DNA of 64,000 bases from Phoronis australis (GCA_002633005.1 NMRA01000010.1:1522982-1586981); one strand, 5' to 3'. Positions 1 to 15,200 are shown, numbered from the stretch's first letter. Notes: generated by a model from the sequence alone, not told the origin. Program-made: numbers and translations.

Positions 1-46
1 TTGTATCCCATGTTTTCACTTTGTTTTTTTCTGATCTCAGACTTAC

Positions 47-226
47 CCGCTGCCTTCTCAACTCTTTGCACAGGTACTGGTACTTTCCAGGAAACGTGTT
101 CCATCATCCGCCCGAAGTCAATTTCACAATCGAACCCATTTTCAGAAAACTTAACTTTGGATTCTCTCTTTGAGTAAGCCTGCTCAATCTTCAAATTTGA
201 CATACTCGAATAAAGCGCCCATTCTT
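47..226 (-). CDS. Gene A exon: WWE domain
   Basis: Translates EWALYSSMSNLKIEQAYSKRESKVKFSENGFDCEIDFGRMMEHVSWKVPVPVQRVEK and follows VQWIFEEN of the previous exon (W..W..E pattern); ttttgcag acceptor, GTAAGT donor. Confidence 0.85.
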
Positions 227-3200
227 CTGCAAAAAAATATAAAATGGTGTCAATTTGTAACCGCTGTGATGTTTTTAGACCCTAGACCCAGCAGTGCTTA
301 GAAACAATATCAGTAAAATAACTCGAACAAACTACAGCTTTAGAAATTACCCAGTTGACATATATGTACATTATTGATATACTTTACATGAAAAGTTAAG
401 CCAGATTGGTAAATTGATCCAGCTAGAAACTGAACATACGATTTTCCTCAAATATCCATTGAACATGTTTTGCTAATAATTCCGCCTGTTCTTCCAAAAT
501 GTTACGTTGATCTGCTGAATGTAAGATTTGTTTAATTTCGTCTTTAGCCTTTAAAACACATTCCGTTCGTCCTCGAATTCGTATACGGTGGATTCTTTCG
601 TTCAGGTCAATCCTCACATGATGCTTGAGGTCGATAGCCCTTGCAGTTGCAATCTGAAAAGAATTCTTGATTAGTGCCTTTCAAAAGAGTGCCCAATAAC
701 TCGAGATAGCCGTTTTCGTTAAAAAGAGGTTGACTTGCCAGTAGACTATAGTAACGAAACAGGACGCAGTGTGGCCTTATGGATTAAGTGCCAGTTTTCT
801 TTACCTAAGGTTTTGGGTTCGCTTCACACTGAAGCACATTGGCACTTCTCTAGCTTGAAGGTCAATGTTTATCATTTATCAATAAAGTATTTAAATGTTT
901 CAGGGAATCAGGGAAATGGGCCCACCTGAGCTGTCTGCGTACGTCTAGTACGTGTACCAGTAAAACTGCATGCAGCTTTTATTGTAAGGAAAGGTTACAG
1001 TTTCGAAACAATCCAATTGTTTATAATGACAATGACTAGTGAGAGATTTCTTAACATAGCTACTGTTATCGTGACTATAAGGCCACTTTTGAATATTCAA
1101 ATTCTCAGTAAGGTTTACCGTTGTTATTAAAACATATAATAAATTATGTTCTCCGTAAACACACCAACCTCGTCTTTAGTGAGCAAACGTATGGCTGCGT
1201 ATTCCTTGTCCAGACTTCCATCCATAACTACGTCACACAGCTCGTCTTTGCACAACTTTTTGATTTCTTCAATCGCTTTTGTAATGTCACTGTCCTTGCT
1301 CCCGAATATTCTTATATTGGTTTCCAACAATTGAGGAGTAGAATGGGGTACACCCTCTTCGTCGTCATCAGAACCAACTGTGGAGGTCCACGCCCCTATC
1401 AAGGAAAGAACATACACTGTAAAATGTAGGCTGTTTGAGACTTTAGGGTTAGAGAGTCAACACACGGTGGAAATGGGCCATACGATTATCTTTGGATCAG
1501 TGCTCATAAATTCGCAGAAAAAAAGATTATCACCTTGGCGACTTTAACAGTTTTGAATTTCAATTTATTATGAAGTGTTTATAATCAATAGCCCGGATTT
1601 AAAGATCGCTGCGGTTTCCGGGCATAGTTTTATTTCATTATTTTATTGTGTAAATTATTAAAAATGTTTAAAGCGAATGATCACAAAGATTGTTCAGCCC
1701 AATATATGAACAATCTGAACAGACAGAAAAACAGCCCCACACAATCAAAAATAAGGCTGAAAAAATGGGGTGTAAAAATAAACGAACTAGATGAATCGGC
1801 CTACAAGAAAAATGTCAAATTTTTTCCACCAATTATTTCCTCAAAAGCAAATGTAATACAAAGAAGTTGAAAGTTTTATCAGTTTCTGTTACACAATGCT
1901 TGCACATTCATATTACCTACCTCGAGAGGCAAAAGTTACCAATTCGGTGGTCTTTTTGAACAGTTTTCAAGCTACAAACTTCACACATTTTTGGGGGCCC
2001 ATGAGGATTTTCAAATACTACACTAATATGTACATTTGGGTTATTTTGTGCCTAAGAATCTTTTGCACACTAAATAACTACATGTAAATAGATGGGTAAG
2101 TAAGTAATTAATACCATTAGCATAACATGGGAAAAGTTAGTATACCCGAATATATCATAATTTATATTTCACTGCAGCGCAAACCATTTGAAACAAATCC
2201 ATAGATATGATAGACTATAGGGAACAAGCATATTTCGTTCTCAACATTTTGCTTTGTAAAAAGGATAAGATGTAAATTTGCATATGATGGATTTCACAAG
2301 ATTTTTCTAAAGTCTCCTCTACCCCCACACCTCTCGACCAAAACCCAATCGACCCAAGACTCCCTCGACCCACGACATGTGGCAATAGAGATGTTTTATT
2401 TGCGCTTTTTACGTATTTCATAATCTTATTACGTCGTTGAATGACTTTCCCATAAGACATACCTACACGTGAGTCTGCTCTGGATCAGGTCTGGTGATCG
2501 AAAACAGAAAGTGGCGTGAGAACGTGATCCGAAATAGCGGATTGTGTGCGTGCGATCGTTGTCACGGAAATAGTTCCAAGAGCTGCTACCAATGGCCCAG
2601 TTCTTCTAAACTTACATATAGGGAGAGATTACTTGAATGTATACAATTTCACATTTTTTGTTTGCTTTCTGTTTGCTTTCTGTTGTGTACTTCTTTAAAA
2701 TATACTCCATATAACGTTGAAGTACTTTTTACTGAACAGTTTGTTTTCTTCGAGCTGTATTTACTGATAAATTACATTTTTGTCGGCTCCTCGCACTTTC
2801 CGCCAAAAAAAGAATCTGCCATTCACTGAAGGGCAGACGAGACGATTACACTCTGCCGGGAACGACAGTTGTATCGTTAGTAAGTCTTTGATTTCATTCG
2901 GTCGCGTTGGTTTTTTCTGTTTATTTTTTGGCTTTCAAACTTGCCGAATCGGCTCTATTCGTTGCAAAAAAAGGGAAAAGTCAGCAGAGATCACGGGCAA
3001 CTCAATGGTCCTGCAAGTCAACGCTTGTTCTATGTTCAGATAGAGTCGAGCTTGTGTAGAATGGGTCGAGGGGTCGTGGGTTCAAGGGGTCGTAGTGTGT
3101 GGGAGTCGAAGTGGTGGAGGGGGTTTTAGAACAATCCGATTTCGCAGTACAGTATTCGTGCCATGGAGCTAAAAATTTTCAAACTACTTGAGCAAACACG

Positions 3201-6200
3201 AAATGGTTTTTGAGTAGGAAACACATTGAATTTGATGGATTTGGATGAATGAAATATGCACAAAACGAGTAGCGTGAAGTCCACAACATATCAAACATAC
3301 CCATCGACAAATCCAGATCGCTGTTACATGGATTGACAATTGCATCAGTGGCTTGCTTTGTTATGTCCCCTTGAAATACGCGCACTGCTAGGCCTCCGAT
3401 GGTAGCAGAGGTCGCTGCTGAAAACAAAAGACATCGTTGACGAGGCATGGAACGCGAATACTCGTGGAAACATCATTTAAAGAGATCGTTTATAACCTAA
3501 TTCTTGGGGATGCTGCAATAACTTAGAGTCATTCACTTCGTGTATTGCAAGAATTTCAAGAAAAAAAATGAGATCCACTGTTTTTGCAACACAGACAAAA
3601 TAAAAACTTTCATCCCAATACGGTTTTAAAAATCTCCGCCTGATGTCCCTACAATTGCATCACGGTCATTCTATGTTAAGACATCAAAGACAATATTCTT
3701 ATGGCCTTGTGGTCTGCGATTAACCTGACCACCCACCAGTTTCAATAGACTTTGTGTAGGTTTTTGACGTCTGATTGATATTTTCAAGTTTTTTGCACCC
3801 TGTGTAGCAGACTGTTGAAACTGCCCAATACCCACCTTGTGGTAGCATAGTGGCTCCAGCAAACGACGTCGAAGATGGCTGCCCGATTTTTGATTTAACT
3901 GCTTTAAATATCAGTTACTAGCCATAATGATTACAGTTTCGGAGGTAATAGTCACTTACAGGATTCTCGCATTTTGAGAACCAGTTTTCTACACTGAATA
4001 ACGGGCATCAAACTGGTTCCGTAAGTCACTGCAATTGCTGTTTTGGCGAGGATGAAACATTGTAAGGTACGAAGTAAGAGTTAATGAGAGCCAAGAAAGA
4101 AAAAGGGAAAAGATATAATACAAATCATACATTGCTCCACAATGGCCAGCGCCAGCCCACCTGCATTCTTCAATTTCCCATTTGCTGCATTCACGATCAC
4201 GTCCACTTTATGTTTGGTCATATCTCCTTGAATGACTTCGTCGCAAACATCATCTTCACCGAATACAATGATGCATTTGTTTTTCCTTTCCACAGTTTCC
4301 AAAAATGATTTTCCGCGTTGACAATTGAAGAATTCATCCATTCCGGGTTCAGCTATCTCGATGTTTTTACAAATAACTTTACACATCAAATTGCTTATTT
4401 TTCTTTGCGTCAAACCTACACCTTTGTTAGTTCCTTTTATAACAATTGATGTACTGTCAGCCACAAAGCAAATACTAACATGATGCGTCTTTAGCGATTC
4501 TTGAATTTGCACTACTCCTGTTTCGTTATACTGTTCCATGAAGCGGAATCTACCACTGCTCAAGCGGATTTTTCGTTCGTAAATTGTATTTGATTCGAAG
4601 AAATCTTGTACAACTTCAAGAACATTGGGCGTCACAGACCTTGTTCCAGCGATAGTAAGCTGAGTTAGGTCGCTGTGTTCCACGATTTCCAAACATCCTC
4701 GGTACTGTGTTAATTGCGATTCTTTGACACTTTTCCACTGGGAACTAGTAAGTAACGGTTTTGACTCGGCTTGTAAAGAGACCAAGGCTTCATGAAGCTC
4801 CCGACTCATTATCTGGGCTGCTTTTCGTGACACGTTCTTGTCAGACGCAAACACACTGATGTCTGTATCTGTGGCTGTCCATGAAGCCGCGACGTTTGAT
4901 GAACGGAACTGCGAATGTATGTATTTATGGCATTCCGGGTTTTTCAACAGGCGAAGAATTACTGGTGTTGAGACAACTTTCTCCGATATCAAGTTTCGAA
5001 GAATTTCGTACATGTCACTTTTTGCTTTGTTGACATCTAAAGGTATTCCAATGAACTGGACGTGCTTCTTCGTTACGTCTATCTCACACTTACAACCAGA
5101 CACGCCAAATTTCATTTCTTGCAAGAACAAAAGCTCAAAGTCTCTAAGTGTTGTCACAGTTTCCGTGACCTCTTGTGACTTTCGATTGAACTCCTCTTCC
5201 AATGTCTTTCTGTCTTCATTGACTTTCCTTAACACTTCGTCAACGATGCTGCGTACACCAGTCAATCGTATGGAGTGTCCTTCCTCGATAGTCTCAATAA
5301 GCACTTTTCCGTTCGCGTGGGACGACAGTCTTGTCACAAGATCAGTCCAAATGTGTTGGAGGATGTTAATGCTTTCAGTTTTGTAGTCCGCGAAAAAATT
5401 GACCACCGCTGTTTTGACAACATTTTCCCAAGCCATCTCCGCAAGTTGTTCAGAGCTTGATAGAAAGCAAGTCACGACAAGACTGTCTGCTGTGCTAGTC
5501 TCCCAATTTGCTCGACCGTGGTGTCTCCTTAACTCGTTGTCCAACAACTGACGACATTCCACACTAGAACAGACGAAGTTTACTAGAGAAACATCAAAAG
5601 GTCCCACGACAGCGTCATCTGGAATTCTGGCAACAGGCTTAGACGAGTCGTCGTCGGGATGTCTGAGTCCAAGTTGTTCGTAATACTCGCAGACCTTGAG
5701 AACGCATTTGCTTACTTTGTGTTTCTTCTCAATTACTCTTTGCACATCTGTAACAAACGTGAAACAGTGCAATATGCAGTTAACACAGTGCTCTATTTGG
5801 ACGGCCCAAATGAGATTTTGGAAAAGGTGACATTTTGAAAAAAGATCGTTGAATATTCTACACCTATCTCACAACATTTCAGGCCTAAAGCCAAATATAG
5901 GAAAGACTCTTTGTGTGTATTGGCGTAAAATCTTTAGCAATTCCCCGTTTATGCTCAAATATTGACCTTTCTTGCCTAATGTAAAGTTTTATGTTTTTGA
6001 GAATTTGCTTTAGTGTCGAATTATCTGAAGATCTCGCACTAAACTATAAGAAAAATAATGAAAATTGAAAGAGATATAAAGACCTGGTCTAGAAGATTAT
6101 TATTTCTTCTTTGCAGAATTACTGTAATGAAGTTTCTTTTGATACCTATGCTGGTTCATGTGCTCATGATTCTGCCATCGAAAGTTTTGGTTGTTGTGTG

Positions 6201-9200
6201 GAATGATGACAGAATAAAGAGAACTGAAATGGTGCAAATTCGGGACACTGATACGGCGGGAGAATTTCCATAGTAGCTCTACTATTTTAAGGGAAACGTA
6301 ACTGTTAATAAAAGAAAAGGGTCTTTTATAAGTGCTAATATAAGAAGGTGTTAATTTATGAATAGCTTGACTCGCACGTACTTTTTATGACTCACGCATG
6401 GTTTCTCTCCAACATTTTTGATTTCTGCTTGAAGTATGATTTTTGCATGACTTCCAAATTTCCCCAAAATGTTATGAATAAACTTATATGCTTACAAATA
6501 ACTGAAGGCACTTGCAAAAAAACAACGTGAGCGAAATTAGGAATTACAAATTAACGTTCAGGTTTCATAGGAATGGTGGAGGTAAATTTATGTTTGATCC
6601 CTTATCTTTACTGAAGATTCGAGATTAAAGTGCTAGAAGATGATCTCTCTTCTTCAAATTGCCGCCATTAACGACTTCCTGGTCAAAATTGGTGTCCAGC
6701 AGCCAGATCTTTGCGCGTATTCTAACAAAATGAGAGAGAATTTACCCATCTTTACTGGGATTGTAACGTGTCGGAAACTTTCCCTTCTGTTATCAGGGGC
6801 GGATCCAGGATTTTGAGTTAAGGGGGGCAGAGCAGATTATTAGCCAGGATTTTGCCCGTCAGACATTTTCAGCCCCGAACTGCCTGATGTAATATGGGAG
6901 AATTTTAGGGGGCCATAGGCCCCTTGGCCCCCCTCTAATTCAGCCACTGGTTATAAGTCAAAGGTTGTTTTCATGAACCCAAAACGTATGCTTATTCTCT
7001 CGTGAACGGATCGGCAAAGTACATGACTTGGATATCATAAATTAACTCAGTGTTTGTGAAAGTATCGCAGTCTCCGTCAAAGGCTCTGAAATATTATTAC
7101 GTCAACTGATATGTTTAGTTAAGAATTGTTACAACAGATAATTACGTAAATCTTGAACAAGCGTAGAAACAAAGACCTCAGACATTTAAGTCTTGTCTGA
7201 CCGCCACCTGTTGGCCACATCATTAGGTAACTATGTGGCCAGCCAAAACGTTGCGTGCAGACCAAACCTAAAAGTGCTTGTGAATTCTTACAATACGTTC
7301 AAATTAAAAATGCGTTGATGTCGGAAACCATGAATTCGTAAAATTCAATAGATTTTCCTCTTTGTTTCTTTTGTTTCTTTTATTATTCGTTAATGTTACA
7401 TTTAGTGCCTGGTCGCGAACTGTGCTTGAGTGCTTGTGCGAGTGCGCTCGCGTATATGGGATTGTGTCAAATAATCTCCCCCATTTGAATATGATACCGA
7501 TGCCAATAAACAATTAAAAACAGAACGTAAAATGCAATAAGGTATTAAAGGAACCCCCAAAACAAGGAGTACCTGGGTACACGCATTTTCGAATGACTGT
7601 TAGACATACAAATAGACTATTACGCGGCGAAAACTTATGTCCGTCGGATTTGGAGGAATTGACACCCCGAGAAGGCGCTGAATGCCACAAGAAACAACTG
7701 CGAAGAACACTAATAATTAACGTATCCCTCCAATTTTAGCCTAAACACGAGACAGCTACCGGCCAGTTATCTCGATTCGGCGACCAAATACGATGGGGAT
7801 GGCGACGTTCTTCATATATACAGAAGACGCTCGAGTGTTTGTTTTGGTTGCACGACACAGCATAGGGATGATCGAGTCACGCACAACCAAAGTTCAATGA
7901 TTCTGTTTTCTTTTGCGGGCTTTGTAGAGTTTAGGGCACCGTATGTGGGTTAAACAAGAACATTCGACGATAACAATACATTTGTACCTTTAATGTTCTT
8001 CTGCCACATTCATAATACAAACCTGTATGATCAGCAAACGTAATCACTGCCACTTTTCCATTTCCGTGAATGACCACTTTCTCTACCTCTCCACCCCCGC
8101 TTTTCTTTTTGTTTTCAAAGTAATTCTCCAGAGTATCATCTGTACAGTTGGGAGGCAGGTCGTGGACTTGTATGGAGTCTGTCAGATATACTGGCTCGAT
8201 CTGAAGAACCGACTTCTGTAGAGGTTTCTTGGTGCAAGCTTCGCGTAGCTTATGGATGTCTGCAGGTGATAATGAAGCAAGCTTTTATGGAATGCAAACG
8301 TTTTGTTTTGAGAACGCATGGAAATGTTTTAGCTATAATGCAAAGTTGTATACTAAATACATAATATATAGGTTTGGGCCGATGTGAGTAAAAAATGAGA
8401 AGATAAAATCTGAAATGAAATTGGTGTCATTAAAATTTGCACTCTTCTTTGTGTAAACTAGATTATTTACCGAAGTTAGAAAAATCGGCGTTCTACCGTT
8501 ATTCTGCCGCGAAAATTGTAGGGCAATCTTTTGTGTCGTCTTTCGGCGCCATGAAATAGTGTGCCACGTATTGGCTACTGCCGTTTTCTCCGACTCTTCA
8601 GTCTACTGTTGTTCTTTCATGAGACTGCGTACATGTTGCAACAAATAGTCGGAACTGGTTTTTAAAATTTTTCTTTCACCAAACCGAATTTCAGAGCAAA
8701 ATTTGCTGTCTTCATTTCCCGAGAGATGTCGCAAAAATTAAGGAAATAGCAAGCGTCCGTGTCACGAGCGTACTCTTTTCATGCGACATGCTTTACTTCG
8801 TTACCGTTGTAATGCGCGTTTATTATGTAAAAGTAGTTCTTACATATTAAACTCACAATACGACCAGTATATCATGACCATACTATCACGCGTATAGGAT
8901 AAAAACGTTAAACCCAGAAAGAAATAATTATATACAGGCTGTATACTATAAAACAATGACTTATTTAAGCAAAACATAATATTGATCAAAATAACGAAAG
9001 TAAAGACAACAAAAAATAGAACAAAATCATACAGTAAGAAAGGAAAACATATTAACTAGAAGCATTCATAACACTTTAACAAGAGAATGATATAGTCGGT
9101 GGGCCAGATTTTGTAGGGCCTCTAGAAAATGGTTTTTGTGAGTACTTTAGGGGGGCAATTTTATTTTGGTGTTTTTTAGTTCATTTATTAGAGTGTTTTC

Positions 9201-12200
9201 AAAATCTAAAAAGTTCCCACATATAAAGTTGCACATTTTTGAGAAATTTGAGTTTGAAGTTACCTAATAATCAACAAAGAGCTTAGTAAACTTATATTTG
9301 TAAAAACAACAGTTTTGGTGACTTTTTTGTAAAACAAGTAATATGGTCCCATCAGTGCCATTGTATTGAACAATATTACACTCACATTACACGTTTTACT
9401 ATTGTAAATTAATTGTAAACAGTGAAATTTAAAAAACGTAAAGAGACACCTAGTGGCAAAAATGCAAACTAAGTATGAATGTTACTAGGAGCTTATTCCG
9501 GCATTGTCAGGCAACAAAAAGAACACAAAACACTTGAGACTGGGAAAAATTTGTGCCTCAATGACTAAAACATTGACTAATGGTGTAAAATACAGCTTGT
9601 TTGCATAATACACCAGAAATATGTTATAGTACAAAAACAATATAGTTGAATGATCTCTGTGAATGTGCACAAAGACTGTATTAAAATAGATTATTCTGAC
9701 AGCGTTTATTAAGCAGTATGAGACAAATACATGACAATGATCAAAGTATGTACTTTCTATGACTTAATCAACAAATAAAATTAACTTTTTAATACAAAAA
9801 AGGAAATAACGGGGTTGGAGGTCTATTTAGGGTTGGCCTGTCAAAGAACTATCCAATGTTATGCAGTCAGTGTTGCTGATGTTACTACAGTTGTCACAGC
9901 TGCACATTTCTGTACAGTTTGACCCAGCATTGCAGCACAAACTCAGTTTCCCAGCACACATGTTCTTTTTGCACTTGCAGCGTTCATCGTTTAGTACTGT
10001 CAATGGAGATGCGGTCATTGCCATACATATTAACTGCAAAGCTCCACCGCCAAGGAGCCAACTATGGTCGATTAGAGAGGGTACAGCACTGCACACTGGT
10101 GATTAGCCCGCAGGCAATGAAGGGTCAAACACTAAGTCCTTGTTTGGAGGCGGGCACTATTTGGGCAAACGTTTGATTCAAAATATGTTACAATGGGCTG
10201 TGTTAATTAGAGTCAGCAAGTGAATTATTGAACACTAGCCTCAATTCACTTTCGTATCTCTTAGTCAGGCACAAACTACAACAGTGAGTAGCTTCAACAA
10301 TATTTCTTAAGATTGCCTGTCCAAATAACTTCATGCACACCAGCTTTCTGAAGAACAGCTTCAAAGTCTTGCTTTATTTTTGAAAGGCAAATGACATCTC
10401 CATGTGCTAGAAGCTTTGATTCAATGAACTCCAAACAAAACTGTAGAAAAACATCTCTGAAAACTGGGGATTCGTCACTCTCCACAATCTTTGTCTTTCT
10501 CTTTTTTACAGCATGATGATCTGTGGTACTTGGCTTCTAAGACACAAGGTCTTTATCTTTGAATTTCATTTGCATATTCAGGGCTCTGGACTGAGCTGTT
10601 GCTTGCGATACAAGTCCAACTGAAAAAAACCCGAACTGTTAACACTAATTTAACATTCAACTATGAGTGAGTTGGCATGCAACTTTTTCAGACGGACGTA
10701 TCAGGAGCTGATCCACCACCAGCCTAACAAATTTACATGCCGTTTGATCTGTAGCCTAATAATGTTGATCGTCTAATAATTAGATCAGTAGATGCAGCTG
10801 AAAATAAATCAGCTGATATACCTGTGCAGTGATTGAAATTTAATTTTTTTAAAAATCAGATTCTCAAACCATAGTCAATCGATTTACACTTAAGGTAATC
10901 GACGTTTGACGAAATGGACAGTGGCTTCCATCGTCCTCAAATTTCGACGGCGACGATGGCCACTTAGGCACTTTAATTTAATTATCATTGCAGCTGCTAC
11001 CTAAGTAATTAATGTTTACAAAAAATTGAGACTACGGCAGGGGATGACGGCCACTTGGGCATGTTGTTTGCAACTATCTACTCCATTTAACCTTCTCAAA
11101 AATTTTAGACTTAAAGTGCTTTAAAATCACACCCACAGTATAACGCCATAGGATTATCCCTTAGCGCAAGCAGTGTCGATGTGGCAACTGAATGGAGTGT
11201 TCGAAAAACAGGATTGCAGGAGTATTTGTTTAAACTGGGAACAAATGAAAACATTAACGACCTCCTCAGAGGCATCTCTCTACGCGGTACTTCTAAACTT
11301 ATAGGAACATAATTTGCCGAAAAGTATCCGGCATATGAAGTACCTATAGTATGATCATCGTCTCTACTGGGTCAGCAGTATTGTCTAAGGCCTAGGCAGT
11401 CAAGGGGCTGAACAAGTTAAAAAACAACTGGTGATAATACTGAATCACACGTGGAAAACACCAAAATGTATTTTTAAAAAACACGTACCTGTTTTTGAAA
11501 GCTATACTTCTTTCTCTTTCTTGAAATGTGGCCCATAATGTACTTTTCCTGCTAACAAATGATGCACTCATGTTTCAGAATGTTCCTATCTTGTTCAGGT
11601 TAATTGGGTGTTTCAGATTTTGGAAGTGATTGATTTTCTTGGGAAATCTTGGATAACATCTGTATCACTTTCAGCAACTTCAGCTTTAGTACTACTGTTG
11701 GTGCCTTGAAACGTTGCTATGCCGTTCTATGTCCTTTCAATTTTCTGGTCTGACACTTGGTATTCTAGTCTATAGCACTCAGCAGTATACTGTGTAGGCT
11801 ACCAGGGCATGCAGCTGTTTTCTGCACAAACGTTTGTGACACCTCTTCTTCTTTTTGATCTACTGATCTACAGAGTTCCACAGTCAATCAGCTTTCGTCA
11901 GGAAGCTTTCCTAAGCTTCTTTAGGCTCTGACATCACAATTTTGTGCTGTTTGATAAACCTTGAATTATACAGACATCACATTCCATGGGAGCAGCCATA
12001 TTGAAGTAACTAAGCACAACAATACAATCTGGCTCTCTGATTGGTCAATTCACTAGAAAAGCGCCATCAAGTGGCAGGAATATGCATCATATTTTGTGCA
12101 ACAAAAACACCTTTTTTTAAAAAAATGTGCAAGTGTAGACGTGGGAACTTTTTGGAATTTGATTTTTAGTTATATTATCTAGCCACATAGAAAAAACTAG

Positions 12201-15200
12201 GTTGCCCCCCCAAAGTACTCACAAGGGTGAACGCTATGAGATTTGGCCCACTGACTAATATACAAGAACGTTAAACAAATCAAAATGCTCATCTTAGATA
12301 TTAATGCACGTCCCTATTAGAACATTCAAAAAGAAAATCACTAACAGTCGTGATTTAAATCATGACAACCATTTAGTAGAAAACTGGTTGTTTTTCCATG
12401 TCTATTACTAACATTTTGAAAATGTGACCAGATACATTTATGATTGTTGGATTGCAGGTTGCGAAAGGGCTGTTCGCGCTCAGCATTATAAACGGGGCAT
12501 GAGAGCAAGTAGTGAGTATCACTATTAATTGCACCTCAGGTACATTTATTAGAAAAAATGACATTAAAGTTTTGGTGGAACTTTTGTGAATTGAGATACA
12601 ACCCCGCTCGCAATTGGATTTATTTTTCACCCAATGAAAATAATTTAGTAGTAGAAGGACGTGTGAGAATGTCACCTTTAAGAAATGATATAATACAAAT
12701 TTTAAACTTGACAATGATTGGTTCACTTTAAGTTCCAATAGTGAACAATTCCCTAAGAGCAAACCAGCAACTATGGAGATTTCCTAAATGATTCAAATAT
12801 TGACACAGAATTGTTATTTACCAGTGGTTCTGAGATCAGTGGCGGATTTAGGGGAGCATGAAACCCCTAAAATTTTCCCAGATTCCATTTGGAAGTTCGG
12901 GCGTGCGAATATCTGACGGGCAAAATCCTGGCTAATACTCTGCCATGCCCCCCAACTGAAAATCCTTGATCCGCCCCTGGAGATCCCATGCTTATTGATA
13001 GAAGATGTATCTCGTTTATACCGATATATAATAGCTTTTTTCATGTATAATTAATTTCGTGTATTACTTGATATAAACAGATATATACCTGCTCATCAGA
13101 AGCACTGACTTCTGTAAAGGTTTCTTGGTGCAAGTTTGAAGTAGCTTGGAGTTGTCTGCACGTGCTAATGAAGCAAGTTAAAATAGCGTGCATATTGCAC
13201 TTGTGGCTGTCCAATGTTAGTGTCATACGCTAAGAATAATATCTCGTAGTGATTTACATAGGAACAAAATAGTAATGTTAAGAATGAGTGTATTGCGTTT
13301 GTTCATACCAGTGTCTACCAATCCTCGTTGTGCAATTTACGGCTAAAGAAGACCAGAGTGTAAATAGCGGCAATTAAAAGGCATTCACTTACATGTATTT
13401 CGGAACAAACGAGTGCAACGTTCGTTACGTTGCAACAAAATTCACCACTGTACGAAGTCAAAGCGTGTTCCATCAGTGATTCCCGATTCACAGGTACATT
13501 CCACAGAGCCATTACACTGCACTTCATTGAACAAGTGCGTGAACTCGTATCCACCAGACCAACACAAGTGTCGTCAAAAGAACACATTAGTGTTACTTTG
13601 CGCCTTTGGTACTTCTTTTGTGTTAATTCACAAAAAAGTAAATAACAAAAGTAACAGGCACAAGAAATTGTTGATTTTTTTCAGCGTGTTAAGTTATAGC
13701 TAAAAGCCTACCGCGGTTTTCATAGAAATTATGTAACTTCTTCAACGAAATTTTTCGAAAGTTTTGCAGCTCTTGCGATGTCTTGCTTGACTGGAACATT
13801 GCACGTTAGTGGCCTTGGTCAGGCACGATAGTATGCACTCATACGATGCAAGTTCAAATTACGTATCGTCACTCAAATAGTTTCAATGAAAGATTGTGAA
13901 ATTGATAATAACGGTTGATTCTATCTATGCCTCCGACTCAAATTGAGTTTCAAACACTTCCATACAAAACCGAAACGCAACATTCGTCTTACCTGGAACC
14001 TGTTCAAAAAGCACAATCCCCAATCCGGGCTTTTCTCCATAGCGAATAGCATCGACGTCACACCGAGTATGATTTCCAATGTAGTAAAACAGAAGTTCAT
14101 GGCTAATGTCTTCGGGAATGTTACTGACCACCACTTTATAGGGGTCCAAAGGTAACTTCTTTTTCGGTTTGTGCGGTTGGACAAGCTCTACGTCAATGGG
14201 AGTTTTATTCAGCTGCAGGGATAAACGGTTCTGGTAGACCCTGTCCGCGGCTGAAACAGCACAGCTGGTCATAAATGAGATTTGTAAGAGCAAAAACATC
14301 CTAATGAAATCAAACTAACTGACTACCTACATAATATACGTTCAATTTACGTTAAGTCCAATAAAGCCCATTTAAGGAAATGTTTTCAAAGATCTACCTG
14401 ATGAGTCAGCAAACGTCACCAATGCAGTTTGCTTGGCTTCATCTATCTCAATCTTGTCGATTTCTCCGCCACCAGATTTGCGCCTGTTTTGGAAAAAATT
14501 CTCTAGGAGATCATGAGACGTATCCTTGGGCAGACCTCTGACTCTAATTGTTGTTGCAGGTTGCGCTTGGTCTGGGTGTTCAGACTGCATCACTGAGGTT
14601 GCACAAGTGTGGGCTTCGTTCCGTCCGGCGTCGCTTGCAACAGCGACAATCAATTCTGCGGAATCTAGTTTAAGGTTTTTCTTCCTCAAAATGCGCATTG
14701 CGTCTGAAACAAAAAAAACGAAACTATTACACGATACGTTGTAATTGCGAAGTGATTTTATTGACTTATTGCTGATCAATAGTAACCCAAGTATTACATG
14801 AAAACGCATTCTCTACAAAAACAGTTAGCTTAAGAGGGACTTCCCTTAATTAGTTTTTTTTAATTCTGTGAATGAGAGGTCCATGCTACAAACTGTGACT
14901 CATGTACACTTAAACGTACCATCTGACTTCTGGAACACAATTCTGTAGGTCCTTGTTTCAACATCTTCAAGAAGTTTCATTGAAAGAAGTGGGCCACCTC
15001 GAGATTTATTCTTGTCTTCAAAGAAATGTTTGATTATCTTTTCAGAAGATGATGGTTTAAAGCCAGAAACATCTAGAGCAAGTCCAGCTTCAGATGAAAT
15101 CGGTTCCACGGAAACGTCTGGACAGCATACGTTTACGGTAACAACCGACCGATCAACCATCAACTCCGGGGTGGCAGCAACCCTTTCAGCAACTGGTTGA

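Noticed and set aside
5784-5830. CACAGTG heptamer (RAG RSS / Transib end)
   Set aside because: No properly spaced nonamer and no partner inverted end found.
9827-10096. Cys-rich ORF resembling a metallothionein or tesmin gene
   Set aside because: Lies within the Academ TIRs and matches the decayed transposase C-terminal Cys cluster.
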